From the NCBI RefSeq assembly GCF_001194135.2, contig NC_068998.1:40548487-40612486 (forward strand): a stretch of DNA of 64,000 nt, written 5' to 3'. The position numbers and the translations under genes are program-made. This stretch comes from Octopus bimaculoides (Eukaryota). This document shows positions 38,531-51,361 of this stretch, piece by piece. The notes beneath the pieces were generated by a model. The model was not told where the DNA came from and made no database searches. It saw only the letters and a program-made list of their open reading frames with translations. The stretch's first letter is position 1. Each line of letters starts with the position of its first letter.

Positions 38531-40094
38531 AGCATCAGTGTCTTATTGTTGGTGTTATTGATATTGTTTAGTATCAGGTCAGCTCTGATCCAAATGTTAC
38601 CAATCTAGACTCTTTTTTTTGTGTGGTGGGGTGGGGTGCTTAGCATATTTAGGACAATATTTTCGAATATGTATTTTGTTTTTAACCCTTTGGCATCCAG
38701 ATTACTCTGTCAAATGTAATGTTTATTTATTCACATTGTTATGAATCAATCATGCATTATCTTGTACCATCAAGATTTCAATGATATGATTGTTTATTTT
38801 TAGAATAACATTGAAGGGTAGGTGTGAGAGGCTGAATCCAGCCAGTTTGGACGTAAAAAAGGTAGATTATTTTGGCCGGATTTGGCTGGTTTAAGAGTGT
38901 AATATGAAGGAGATTTGGAAGCTAGAAAAATAGTAAGCAAGTGAAACAGTCATATGAGGGCCTCTCTTCATTTCATGAGTCATTGTAGATTAAGGGCATC
39001 AAGCACAGTGGACAGGGTAAATAACTGTGCTTGTATGGACTAGGAGTGCTGAATGTAAAATGTCATGTGTACTATTGGAAGTTGATACTTATGAAAAAGG
39101 AAGTGAACTCAAATATTAGTATGTTGGTCTTCATAGATTATGAAGACCAAAGCAATTGATGGTATGTGATGAGTAAGGCAATTTTTTGCCAAAAAGTTAA
39201 AATTCATAAACACATTTGTCTGAAGATTGAAACCAAAGATATTGTGCTATAATAAATTTCCACAATAGTTATTTCATTAAATTGTTTTGATACCACTTGT
39301 ATATCATAAAATAATCAAAACTAAAGTGAACTACCTAATGTTTATGGACTTATTAATAATAACAAGGTTAAAATGAGGTTAAAATTTGTCAATAAAGTTA
39401 AAAAATAAGTATGAAAATAAGGTTAGAATCAAGCAATTTTTAAGGTTAAAAAGAATTGTCTAAGTTATGAGTTACAAACCTGTCTAAAGACTGCTTAAAC
39501 ATTGATGATAAAATTGCAGTTGTTGTTGATGATGATGATGACGACAACTACGTGTTTAATGGTGTGTGCATTTATGTACATACATACATACATACATATA
39601 TTTTGGGCACAAAGACCTATCTTCAGAAGGGAACAGTCAACTTTGCCTTTAATCCTTTCAAGGTCAATAAAATAAGTACCAGTTGAGGACTGGAGTCAAT
39701 GTAATCAACTGACCACCTCTCCTGAACTTGCTAGCCTTGTGACAAAATTTGGAACCAACCTCTGTCAGTATGTGTGTGTTTGCATGCGTGTGTCAATAAG
39801 CTGTATGGATATGTCTACACTGATTCTATTGATTGAACTATCAGGCCTATCTGAGGCACGTTGACCAATTATGGAAGTAGGTTCCCTTTACAGTATAATT
39901 TCTTTTAATACTCTACTGAAGTAATACTCACTAATACTTCAAGCTGTCTCCATGTAACTTTCAGAGAGGTTTGCACATGTTACCTTATATGGTGTATTGT
40001 ATTTCCATATTTGCTGTTGATGTATTAGTTTGTGATAATATCCTGCAATCATTTTTATAGATGTACCTCCCAAAATCATAGCTACGTCAATGCA

Positions 40095-40153
40095 CAAGGG
40101 TGAGTCAGAAAATAATGCAACTAACAATTGCATTATTTTCTGACTCACCCTCA
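40095..40153. mobile_element. Tiny mariner-type palindromic MITE (paired TIRs, 7-nt spacer)
   Basis: AGGGTGAGTCAGAAAATAATGCAA-ctaacaa-TTGCATTATTTTCTGACTCACCCT; TA on the right side only. Confidence 0.65.
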
Positions 40154-41416
40154 TAAATTATCAGTCTGGTGAATTGCCTGTCGTATATATGTATATATAT
40201 ATGTATGTGTGTGTATATGTTTGTGTGTCTGTGTTTGTCCCCGCAACATCGCTTGACAACCGATGCTGGTGCGTTTATGTCCCCGCAACTTAGCGGTTCG
40301 GCAAAAGAGAACGATAGAATAAGTACTAGGCTTACAAAGAATAAGTCCCTTTGCTCAACTAAAGGCGGTGCTCCAGCATGGCCACAGTCAAATGACTGAA
40401 ACAGGTAAAAGAGTAAGGTTTTGATACTGAGTTAAGTTTGTCAGATGATTTTCATAACCCTGTGGCATTTAAACTGCCCATATCCAGTCCAAATATTCTC
40501 TCTCTGTTTTATGCTTAAACTGGCTAGATCCAACCTCTCACACCTACCATACAGTGTTATTCTAAAAATAAGCAATCATATTATTGAAATCTCAAAGCTA
40601 TGAGATAATTCTCAATTAATTCAAAACATTGTGAATAAATAAGCATTGCATGTGAATGCTAAAAGGTTAAACCTGTTGTTATCATACTACATACTAGCTT
40701 ATTTTATTATTATCTTTATTCCCAAAACTTTTTATGTTATGGAGGGTATATTCCATCCATCTACATTATTTTTTAGAATATTGTCAAACTTCATACACTC
40801 TGAACCTATCTGTAATCAGATAAAAACATTTGGGAGATAAAATATTGAGTGTATTTTTAATGTACTTGAGATTGATGCATTTGTTACACATTCTTTGTTA
40901 CTCTTATAAGGGCTGCCTTTAAGATTTTCAGTTTGGCAGTTTCCAACATAGCAGAGTTTTTTTGTCTTTTTTGTCTGATTACCCATGGGTTAACCTTGGG
41001 TTTCTGAAATGTGAATGGAATGTGCAGTTGGAGTGTTCCACTGATAGTTACATTCTCTACCTCATTATTTGGTACAGGTGATCTCCAACTGTGGTATCTA
41101 AAGAGATGGTCAGTAGTGACTTTTTTTTTACCATCAAATATAGAATTTTCTGTGTGGTATCTTGTACACATCAGATGTTCCTCCATACTCACCTGACTTA
41201 CCATCTCTGGATTTCCATCTGTTTCCAATGACTAGAACATTTTATAAGACGCAAAACATTCAGATACAGGGAATGAAATAGGTTTCTTTGAACATGGCAT
41301 AAAATAGTTACTTTCTTGTTGGGCTGCAATCATTGAAAACGATAGTGATTCATATAAACATAATTTACATTTGTTTTTCTATCCTTTCTGATAAAACACA
41401 ATTACTTTCCAAACAA

Positions 41417-41457
<41 letters not shown>

Positions 41458-41801
41458 NNNNNNNNNNNNNNNNNNNNNNNNNNNNNNNNNNNNNNNNNNN
41501 GTGACACCTTCAAAATATATATATATTACTTGTGACACCTTCAAAATATATATATATTACTCGTGACATCTTCAAACATTTAAAAACCAACTATTATAAC
41601 AGAAAAACAAAAATAAAAAGGAGGGAAAAATAAGAGCAAAAAATTATTTTTAATAAGCTTCACTGTGAAATGTAAACAAATATTTATGTCACAATGAGAA
41701 GGAAAATAATATACCAAATACAAACCAGGATTCATGTTCAAATGACCAATCAAATTTGATTAACTGTACATATTGGCAACTTGGTAAATTAATTAATTTC
41801 A

Positions 41802-41990
41802 GATGGGTTGGGTAAGAAATGGGTTAGTTTTGAGGATACTTCTGAAGCTGTCACAAGAGAAGTTGTTCAGCTTACAGATCAGCATGACTTAGAAGTCACT
41901 ACTGAAGAAGTGTATGAGCCGATTGCAGTTTATTCATAACCTACTCTGAAAGAAACTTTGACATATACGAAGGAAAAATAAGATGAAGAG
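41802..41990 (+). mobile_element. Possible pogo/Tigger transposase C-terminal remnant
   Basis: EAVTREVVQLTDQHDLEVTTEEVYEPI followed by stops; resembles the Tigger acidic tail from memory only. Confidence 0.4.
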
Positions 41991-43671
41991 AAATCCACTA
42001 ACTTTAAGTTTTTGATGGTGAAAAAAATTGAATGAAATTTTTTCATGCCTAGAACAATTCTTAAATAATTTGGAAGAATATTAAATAATTTGGCAAAATA
42101 ATCATCCAACATGATTTATATTTGTTAATCTAAAAATATGTTGGTGTACCTACCATTTTTAAATTGTAAACCTGGCTGTGAAATGCAAACAATTTGTAAA
42201 CAATATTTTTGGGGGGGGGGCCTATGCCAAAATGTAAACAAATATTTGCATTTTCCAGAAAGGCTTGTAATTTTAAAATTGTTGGCATACATACATTAAA
42301 TTTCAGATTATCTAATTGACTGATTTACATTCTATTATGCATTGTAACTGTGTGGTAAGAAGCTTACTTCTCAAACACATGGTTCTGGGTTCAGCCCCAC
42401 TGCATTGCACATTGGGACAACCAAAGCCTTATTAGTGGATTTGGCAGACAGAAACTGAAAGAAGCCTGTCATGTCTGTGTGTGTGTGGCTGTGTTTACAT
42501 CCCTGTAACTTAGTGGTTCGGCAGAAGACACCAATAGTATAAGTACTAAGCTTCAAAAAATAAGAAATCCTAGGGTTGATCTGTATGACTAAAACCCTTC
42601 AAAGTAGTGCCCCCACATGGCTGCAGTCAAATGACTGAAAAAAGGTAAAAGATATATATATATATATATTTTATGTGCATACATTTATAAATAAATAAAT
42701 AAATAATATCTTTCAATTACACATCTATAGGTAGTTTCTTCATCATTGTAAATGAGCCACTGAAATGCTAGCAGAATAAATTTGGTTTGTAATATATGGA
42801 TTCATAGAATCATGTGGATATCACAGCAAGCTCCTCCAGTGGACCAGCTAGCAAACTACATAATAATCCCATACAGAGGAGTATAATGCATAATTCTATG
42901 CTGCTGAAATCCAGGAGATATGATCAATGAAATTATTTCATGGGAAGTATATAAACCGTAAAAACTCAGTGGGTATGAGAGATAAATATATTTATTAAGC
43001 ACTTGTCATTCTTAAGATTACAGCCATTTCACAGCCTTTATCTTGTAATAAAATTTCAGTGTATAATAAATTATTTTACATGTCTGCACTAATATGCATG
43101 TACAATACAATTGTATATTTACAAATCAATGCAGATAAAAAAAAAGCCAGCTCATCAGATCACCAGAACATTATGGTTACACCAATGATTTGACTCTTAT
43201 TATACATACAGTACAACCTCACAAGTTCTGCCCTAATCACTCACCCAGTCTTCTTTTCTATGAATGTGGACCCTCTGGAATTCCCTCTTAGCTCATACCT
43301 TTCCTGTACGTGATGAAATGCAAAGATTCATGAGAAACATTAGTGGCATCAATGTCACTCGTCTAAGAGGGTCTGTGAAAGCCATAGGCATTGCCCTTTC
43401 ATCCAGACCTAGCAAGTAATACAAAAATCTCCACTCAACAACCCACTTGCCTTTAAATTCTCATCTACCACCTTTAGTCATGTCTTCCTTGGTTTCCTCT
43501 TTTCTCTACTTCCTTCAACATTCATTTCCATCTTTCCTCTCAGTCATTTTCATCCTTCCTCTGCATATGATCCAGCCACTTCATCCTATTTCTCTTCACA
43601 TCTATCTCTGACTCTATTCCCACCATCCTCTCTAATCCATTATTCACAAAGAACCATGTATGTATGTGTGA

Positions 43672-44016
43672 AGACACATGGCTCAGTGGTTAGAGCATCA
43701 GGCTCACAATCATGAAGTAGTGAGTTCAATTCCTAATCCAGGCTGTGTATTGTGTTCTTGAGCAAGACACTTTATTTCACATTGCTCCAGTTCACTCATC
43801 TGCAAAAATGAGTTGCGATGTCACTGGTGCCAAGTTGTATCAACCTTTCCCTTTCCTTTGGATAACATTGGTGGTGTGGAGAGAGGAGGCTGGTATGCAT
43901 GGGCGACTGCTGGTCTTACATAAACAACCTTGCCCGGACTTGTGCCTTGGAAGGGAAATTTCTAGGTGCAATCTTATGGTCATTTATGACCAAAGGAGGT
44001 CTTTACCTTTACCCTT
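43672..44016 (+). mobile_element. tRNA-derived SINE family 4; second copy at about 29040-29356 on the minus strand
   Basis: GGCTCAGTGGTTAGAGC...GAGTTCAATTCC head, TTGAGCAAGACACTT motif; homologous to the reverse complement of 29040-29356. Confidence 0.7.
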
Positions 44017-44289
44017 TTATGTATGTATGTACTTTATTAATAGTTTGACTCAGCTGCATAAGCCTTAAAGTTTTGTGGTCTTGTAGGATTAGCACATCTC
44101 ATCAGATATGAAGAGAACATACTTTATGTCATATGGAGCTGAATCAAACTATTAAAAAATATAGTAATTCCTGCCAAATTTATTGAGTGCCACTTTTATT
44201 TGTCTACTTGCTCACTCACTTGTGTGTGTGTGTGTGTGTAAGCATACATACATACATAAAAGAGAATGTGTACAAGGAAAGGGCAATGG

Positions 44290-44760
44290 TGGGAACAGAT
44301 AAGTTTAAAGTGAAGATTGGAATTCACTATTGCCTGTAGTTGCGATGATGGTACTGGTTTAAAGTACAGAGTGGAGTTTACCATGACAGCTACTGTATGC
44401 AGACGACCTGGTGTTAATAATAGAAAGTATAGTTGAATTGAGGGAGAAGATGAATAGGTACAAGAAAGACAACAATGATGTTCTGTTTAAAAAAAAAAAA
44501 AGCAGGAAAACACCCATGTGCAGTATGCAGAAAGGGTATTGGTATGAACTCTGTTGAGTGTACAATATATGCATATACACCGGGTAGATTCAGTGAAAAT
44601 ACGATGGTGTGAAAAGGTTGTTAAGTAATATGGCAGTATATTACATTTAAGCTTAAAATGTGTATGGAAGTAGCCACAGGTAAAGGGCATTTTCAGATGG
44701 ATCTTGGAAATGAGATGAAAATGACAGGTATGAAAGAATATTGTTACCTGGAAGGTATGT
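44290..44760 (+). mobile_element. Degenerate RTE reverse transcriptase fragment
   Basis: Frame fragments FKVKIGIH, QLLYADDLVLIIESIVELREKM, GKHPCAVCRKGIGMNSVEC. Confidence 0.72.
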
Positions 44761-45484
44761 GACAGCATTGAAGCAAGATTGATGATGTTACTATATGACC
44801 TCACCAATTACGTAATAGGTGTTGGTATGGGTGGGTGGTTAAGAAGTTAGTCTCAACCACATGGTTTAGGTTCAATCCTATCATGTTGCACCTTGGGAAA
44901 ATGTCTTTGTGTTATGGAACAAACCCAGAACCACATGGTACCAAACCAAATTTCTTAACTGTATAGTTATGCATGCAACCATGATAATCAACGTTTTAAT
45001 ATTTCCAAAAATTAGCACCCTTTTCTTTGACAGTTGTCAAAAATCGCCGCTAGGCTTTTGATATTTTCCTCCAACTAAGAGATAAATTTCAATTAACTGA
45101 GAATATTTTTGCATATGTATCCACTCAGTATGTCATTCCTTAATTTTATTACATCATGTGCGTGAGTGTACATAATTAACATTACAATAGCTTGCACATG
45201 ACTTTTGCATTCATGTGAAAACTGCTAAGATTTTAGTGTGTGTGAGTGTATGTATATATATATATATACATACAAGTGGGTGTATATGTATATACATACA
45301 TGTATACACACACATACAATGTCAATTATATCAATAATTACCAATGGTATAAATAAACATAGACATATTGTTTTTATATCAATTATGTCTTCTTTGTTAG
45401 TGACAACATCTGTTTTTTACCAGTAGATGTAACTTAGTATTTGCGTGTGTATATATATATGTATGTGTGTGTGTATTAATGTAA

Positions 45485-45524
<40 letters not shown>

Positions 45525-45534
45525 NNNNNNNNNN

Positions 45535-45569
<35 letters not shown>

Positions 45570-47494
45570 TAATACACACACACAAGCATGTATTTAAGCA
45601 TCTATATAGATGTATTTATTCATGCATATATATGCATATAAACACTTATACACACACTGAGATTGATATATATATATATATATATAGATATAGATAGATA
45701 TACATACATATTTCTGATTTAGTCATGAAGATAGAGTAGTGACCTTGATCTTTATGTTTGTGTGTAAGTGTGTATATGAGTGATAACCAATATACTAACC
45801 AATAGCAGCACTTAATATATTTTTAAATCAAATGTTAAATGAAATTATATTAATATTAGTTAAAAGATAATAAGTTTTTACTGAACTTTAATAAGATTCA
45901 AGTATATTAGCCTAGTTTTGACTGCATGAAAGAACATCGGGAGTGACTAAATAAAATTTTGTGAATATTAAACCTGCAGCCCTGTGAAACTTTGACTTAG
46001 TTGTATAAAGTGTTTTACATCATAAAAACATAAATACAATACCAAATATTGTTTCTGTTGTCCTTTGTCTTTCTTTGGAATATGGGCGTATAAGGAAAAA
46101 CAGAAGATAGTAAAAGGAGTAATTAAGATGGAAATGCCCACATGTAGCTTGTTTACATGGTACACCTATATAGCCTGACTATATGTAGGATCAAAGGTGT
46201 TCATGCCAAAACTACTTAGCTCTTCTTTCAGATGATGTATATCCAGGTAGGATATTATCTAATGTTAGAAAGATTTGGCTGCTATTTCTAGCAGCATGTG
46301 CAACCATGTAGAAGACACTGCATGGTTCACAGTAAACAGGTGGACTCATGCAGTTGCTAAATAATATCTACGCGATCAGAAAAGGCCTCCACAACAATAG
46401 GAAGATGATTTAGGCCAAGATGGAAAAAAAGGCTACAATCAGCACAGAATTGGAAGTGCATTGTGACCAGTCTGGTCAATACAATGATTCAGTAATAAAG
46501 TACACATACATGGTTCTGGGTTCAGTCCCATTACATGGCACCTTGGGCAAGTATCTTCTACTATAGCCTTGGGCTGACCAAAGCCTTGTGAATGGATTTG
46601 GTAGACGGAAACTGAAAGAAGCCCACCGTGTGTGTGTGTGTATGTATGTATATGTATGTATGCATGTATCTATGTTTGTCCCCCCACCATTGCTTGACAA
46701 CCGATGTTGGTGTGTTTAAGACACCGTAACCAAGCGGTTCGGCAAAAGAGACCGACAGAGTAAGTACTAAGCTTACAACAGAGTAAGTCCTGGAGTCGAT
46801 TTCTCCAACTAAAACTTTCTAAGACGGTGCTCCAGCATGGCTGCAGTCAACTGACGGAAGTAAAAGGAAAGAATAGTTTCATCCAACAGAAGAAATCTCA
46901 CAGCTTCAGATTTTTACACATACTGTCCCCTAAAAAAAATTAGAGAGAACATTGGTCTTAGCTATATTTTAAACAAACATGGGGATAATTAAGACTGGAG
47001 CCTTTCATTATCAGGGCAGACTTGGAGTTCAATGACAAGGTCTCTTGCGAGATATATCGGTCCCAGCAGTCAATAGCGCTCAAATAAATAAATAGAAATG
47101 TAGAAATTATCCAAATGGAAACACTTAGAAACAAAGATGTATAGAGAATGTTGAAACTGAACATAAAGACAGAGAATTTCGAAAACGGGGCGACGATCTT
47201 TGAAAATGCGACAAGTTATAACAAAGTTATCTCCCTTTATTTAATAATCGCACATAGATGCACACACACACAACTATTTATTGTTCTCTCCTTTCAGTAC
47301 TAAACAGACATATGATCAAAAGACGCATCAGTTGTGACCATCCCGTCTTTTTTTTCTTGTGTATGTCTTTTTAGATTGAGTTTATGTAGGACTACATTAT
47401 CCAATGTATCCTTTTATACTTTTTTATACGGTAAGATGTGATTTGAAGAAAAATTTGTCTGTTATTTCCAGCAGGCCAAGTGACTATATATACT

Positions 47495-47760
47495 TTTAAT
47501 AATGAAATTATTGTGTACAGTGCTCGGGTGCACTACAACTCATCAAACGCGCATGTACAGCACATAGAATTATATACAAAAGTCGGGAAAGTGAACAGTG
47601 TATGAGTCGTGATATACATGTGTGCATGCGTATGGAGGAGGGGATATCAGATGTAGTGCTGGCGAAGGCAATGTCTCGGCAATTAACAATCGAGCAGGTA
47701 GTTTGTTCCAAGCTTCAGCAAATCTGAGTGTGAAAAAACGTTTCTGAAAGTCATGGGAGC
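47495..47760 (-). mobile_element. CR1 LINE 3' end, same family as 62230-63075
   Basis: FFTLRFAEAWNKLPA followed by the shared 3' UTR. Confidence 0.78.
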
Positions 47761-47786
47761 TCCTTATGAATATGTAAATATGTGAG

Positions 47787-47817
<31 letters not shown>

Positions 47818-48179
47818 TGTTCGCTTCACAAAGTTCCAGGATAAACACTTTGTGCTTGGTATGGAATTTTCCTTGACGACAAAGGTTCTTTTCTAGTGCC
47901 TTCTTTTATGTTGTTTTATTTTACAAGATGCCTTCTTGTTCACTCTAGCCAATTCTTTCTGGGCCAACAAAGTAATTACCAGTTGAGCACTAAAATCAAT
48001 GTAATTTTCTCGCCCTCTTCTACAAAATTTCAAGCCTTGTGCCTTTGAGAGAAAGGATTTTTTTTTTTTTTTTAATGCGGTGGTAAGCTGGTAGAATTGT
48101 TGGGATGCTATAGAAAATGCTTAGCAGCATTTCTTCTGGCTTTAGAGGAAGCATGTAGCTTATTGGTTTGGGAGCTGTA

Positions 48180-48790
48180 ATCATCATCATCATCACTATC
48201 ATTTAATGTCTATTTCCCAAGCTGACATGGGTTGGACAGCTTGATAGGATCTGGCACGGCAAGGGGCTACACCATGATCCATAGCCTGTTTTTGGCTTCG
48301 TTTCTACAGCTGCATGCCCTTCCTAATGCCAACCACTTTACAGAGAATACTGGGTGCTTTTGACGTAGCACCATCACCAGTGCTTTCGATGTGGCACCAG
48401 CACCAGTGCTTTTTATGTGGAATCTTGGTTTTAGGATATCAATTCTGTTGTGGTGGACAGGTCTTTTTGAGTACAGCAATGCACCACTTATCTCGGTCCT
48501 TTGTTATCTCTTTCGTAATGCCCAGCATTCTGAGATTGGCCTTCAATTCTTCGTCCCATGTCTTCCTAGGTCTCTCTCTTCCATAAGTTTCCTTCTAGTC
48601 GAGTGATCAGTACTTCTTTGTGGAGCTGTCTTCATCCACTTGCATCACATGACCAAACCACACTGCATCTAATTCCTCTTATGCTTAACTTTTCTCTCAA
48701 TACACTAGTACTCTGTTACCCATGTACACTGACATTGCACATCTCTAATTTTCATGTATCCTTTGCATTCAGGGCTCATATCTCACTACC
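48180..48790 (-). mobile_element. Degenerate RTE LINE 3' end
   Basis: Reverse complement resembles the 23640 element (LREKL, WFGHV, PRKTW-like) with a (CAT)n tail at 48180. Confidence 0.7.
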
Positions 48791-50689
48791 ATCTAAAATT
48801 GATTTGGTTTGGTTGAGCCATTTGAGAATGCATTGGGAATAGACAGACAAACAGAGAGACAAAGAATTGTATATATGTATAGATGTGTGCGTGCGTGTGT
48901 GTGTAAATCTCTGTTGACTCACCAGAAACAATAAATTACAAAACTCAATACATAGGTGTAGAGTATTCTTTAATACATTATAACTGAAAAGCTCCTAATA
49001 CCAGTATTCTGAGTTACATGTTTCAATCATTTAGCTGGTAATCTTAGCCTGCTTTTTCTTTGAAACATTTATTGCTTGAATATATTTTTGAAATATGAAG
49101 TGAAAGTTCTGAAGAAACACATATCTCCTGTTTTTTGTTTTTTTTTAAAATAAAAACTTTGCAAGCCATACATGCAAAAACAGTTGCTTTAAGTTCATGT
49201 TTGTCATTTCATTTCTGGCTCTCACGGGAATATTCCAAACGTCTTAAACTTCATATAAGTGAGGTCACTCTAATAACTTTCCTCGTGAAATTGTATTGTT
49301 GTTTAAAGTAATTCTTTTAAGTACTATTTTTAAAACAGTGAATGTGTTTCTGTTTAATGTCCACTTTTCCATGCTAGCATGGGTTAGACAAGGAGTTATT
49401 CAACTGAGGCAGGATTTTATGGTCAGATCCTCCCCTTGCCTGTTTGTCAAGTATATATGGAAATGTGTGTGTGTGTAATTATCATCCTCATTTAACATTA
49501 ATGTTTTATGCTGGCATGGATTGGATGGTTTAACAAGATCTGATGTGTCCAAGGACTGTATTGTGTTCTAGTGTCTTTGTTATGGTTTCTATGGCTGGAT
49601 GCCCTTCCTAATTCCAACCACTTTACATGTAGTGTGCTTTTCTTGTGCTACCAGCACCAGTGAGGCTGCTATACAGCTTGTAAGACTAAAAAAACCCAAG
49701 GCAGAGAGGGGTGCTTTATGCTTGGAAAGGAAAGTTAAGGTATAAGAGAAGAAGATGGGGGCAGAGCAGGTCCTCGTAGACAAGTCACATGGCTACTTAT
49801 ATTTAACAGTGAATTAATGAGCAGTAGTAGTTGTGATGAGATATCCAGATTGCACCTCAAAGGTATGAGGTGAAAAGTGAGTGGGAACAGAGGAAACTAG
49901 GAGTGCAAGTGGGTGGGAGTTTTCCAAACAATTTTAACAAATTGTACAAAGTTGAGTCTGTTCCCCATTTAATAATTTGAACAAACTGTAGTGTTTGGTT
50001 TATCCTTCTGACTGTTTAGTGCTGTGTCTATACAACACTTGACTATCTTTCAGATTGTACACTGTTTGATCTGTCTTCCAGACTTGCACACCAGTGTCTG
50101 TCCTTCAAACTGTACAATTTTTGGTCTGTTATCTGTCTGTCAAACTCTTCTTCAGACTGTAAAGTGTTTTGTCTGTCTTCCATATTGTATGGTGTTGAGA
50201 GAATTCACTGTTGAATAGTGCACTGAGTTTGATAAAATTGTACAATGTTTGATCTGTCCTTCTTCAGTTTCAGTCTATAAAATATTGAACATATCCTCCT
50301 TCAATCCGTATTTGTTCTTCTATCCATATTGTGTTGAATAAGTCTTTCTTCAGATATGTTGTGTATGTTGCCCTTCGGACTATACAGTGTTGGGCAAGTC
50401 CCCTCTCTATCTGTAGTGTTGGATTCAACAAACTATATGAGTGTTGAATTAATCTGTATTCAGACTATACAGTATTGATTCCATCTGCCATAAATATAAC
50501 ATATTTAACAGAGCTGGAGGCCTGTCTTCCTTCAAGTTTGTCCACCTTCAGTTGTACAGTATAGAGTCTTATTTTCCAGCAATAGATATAGTAAACCGTA
50601 CGTTATTGCTTCTGGCCTTCTTCAATAAGTATAACAAGAATGTCTTTTAAATGTTGATTCATAGGCAACTATGCTGTCAAACTTGAGAT

Positions 50690-51361
50690 TCAACTGAGAA
50701 AATCTATTATACGTGCGGCTATACTTTTGCCAACTACGTTGCTCAGACTCTCGAAAGAGGCTTCAATTATGGCTTTGATAGAGCCGAAATTTACCAACAA
50801 TAACTTTGCATTGGTAACACCTAGGCCTGGTATACATTGCAGCGTTGCCAATAGTGAACTTGAACTTTGATCTTCTTCAGAAGAATTCCGTTTTCGCTTG
50901 AAGGGATTCTTCTCTGGTTGCGTGCCTGTATAAAAGAGTTGTGTGATAATCCCGGCGGCGTCAGCTTGCGAGGAAACAGGTAGCAAGACTAATCCTAGTT
51001 CAAACACGCAAAAATTCTGGATGTTAGCGTAATACTGTGTTGTCATGGGTGTCTTTTCGGCGACGACGATTATTTTGAAGGCGTCAGCTTTTCTTAGTCT
51101 TACCATCTTCTTCTTATAGGCTGTAGCCTGAGACACCAACTCTGCCTCCGAGACGTAAACCACGCACACATTATTGGAAGGACGAAAATCGATGTCGGGT
51201 TTGTCGTCGAAGAACAAGACACGAACAGTGGCCTGAATTTTGGTCACCAATTCTGAGTTGCACCAACGTGAATTAACCATGATGTGATTTGGGACGATTT
51301 TATTTTCGGGTTCTACTGAAGTTTTATTTTGCTGTGTGTTCAGTTGATTAGAAATATTCAT
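50690..51361 (-). CDS. FAAP24: Fanconi anemia core complex-associated protein 24, intronless CDS, 223 aa
   Basis: Single ORF resembling FAAP24 along its length: degenerate ERCC4-like domain (HIMVNSRW, VVYVSEAELV, IVVAEKT, ELGLVLLPVSSQ) and C-terminal (HhH)2 (LQCIPGLG..AKLLL..FGSI). First ATG is at 51361; the track start at 51367 is TTG. Confidence 0.93.
   Translation of the reverse strand: MNISNQLNTQQNKTSVEPENKIVPNHIMVNSRWCNSELVTKIQATVRVLFFDDKPDIDFRPSNNVCVVYVSEAELVSQATAYKKKMVRLRKADAFKIIVVAEKTPMTTQYYANIQNFCVFELGLVLLPVSSQADAAGIITQLFYTGTQPEKNPFKRKRNSSEEDQSSSSLLATLQCIPGLGVTNAKLLLVNFGSIKAIIEASFESLSNVVGKSIAARIIDFLS

Noticed and set aside
40884-41228. 114-aa minus-strand ORF as a possible unknown gene
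   Set aside because: Starts at TTG, no recognisable motif, no convincing splice partners; cannot be supported without a search
41802-41940. AG-preceded open stretch as a cryptic exon
   Set aside because: Ends in stops with no donor and is better explained as a transposase remnant
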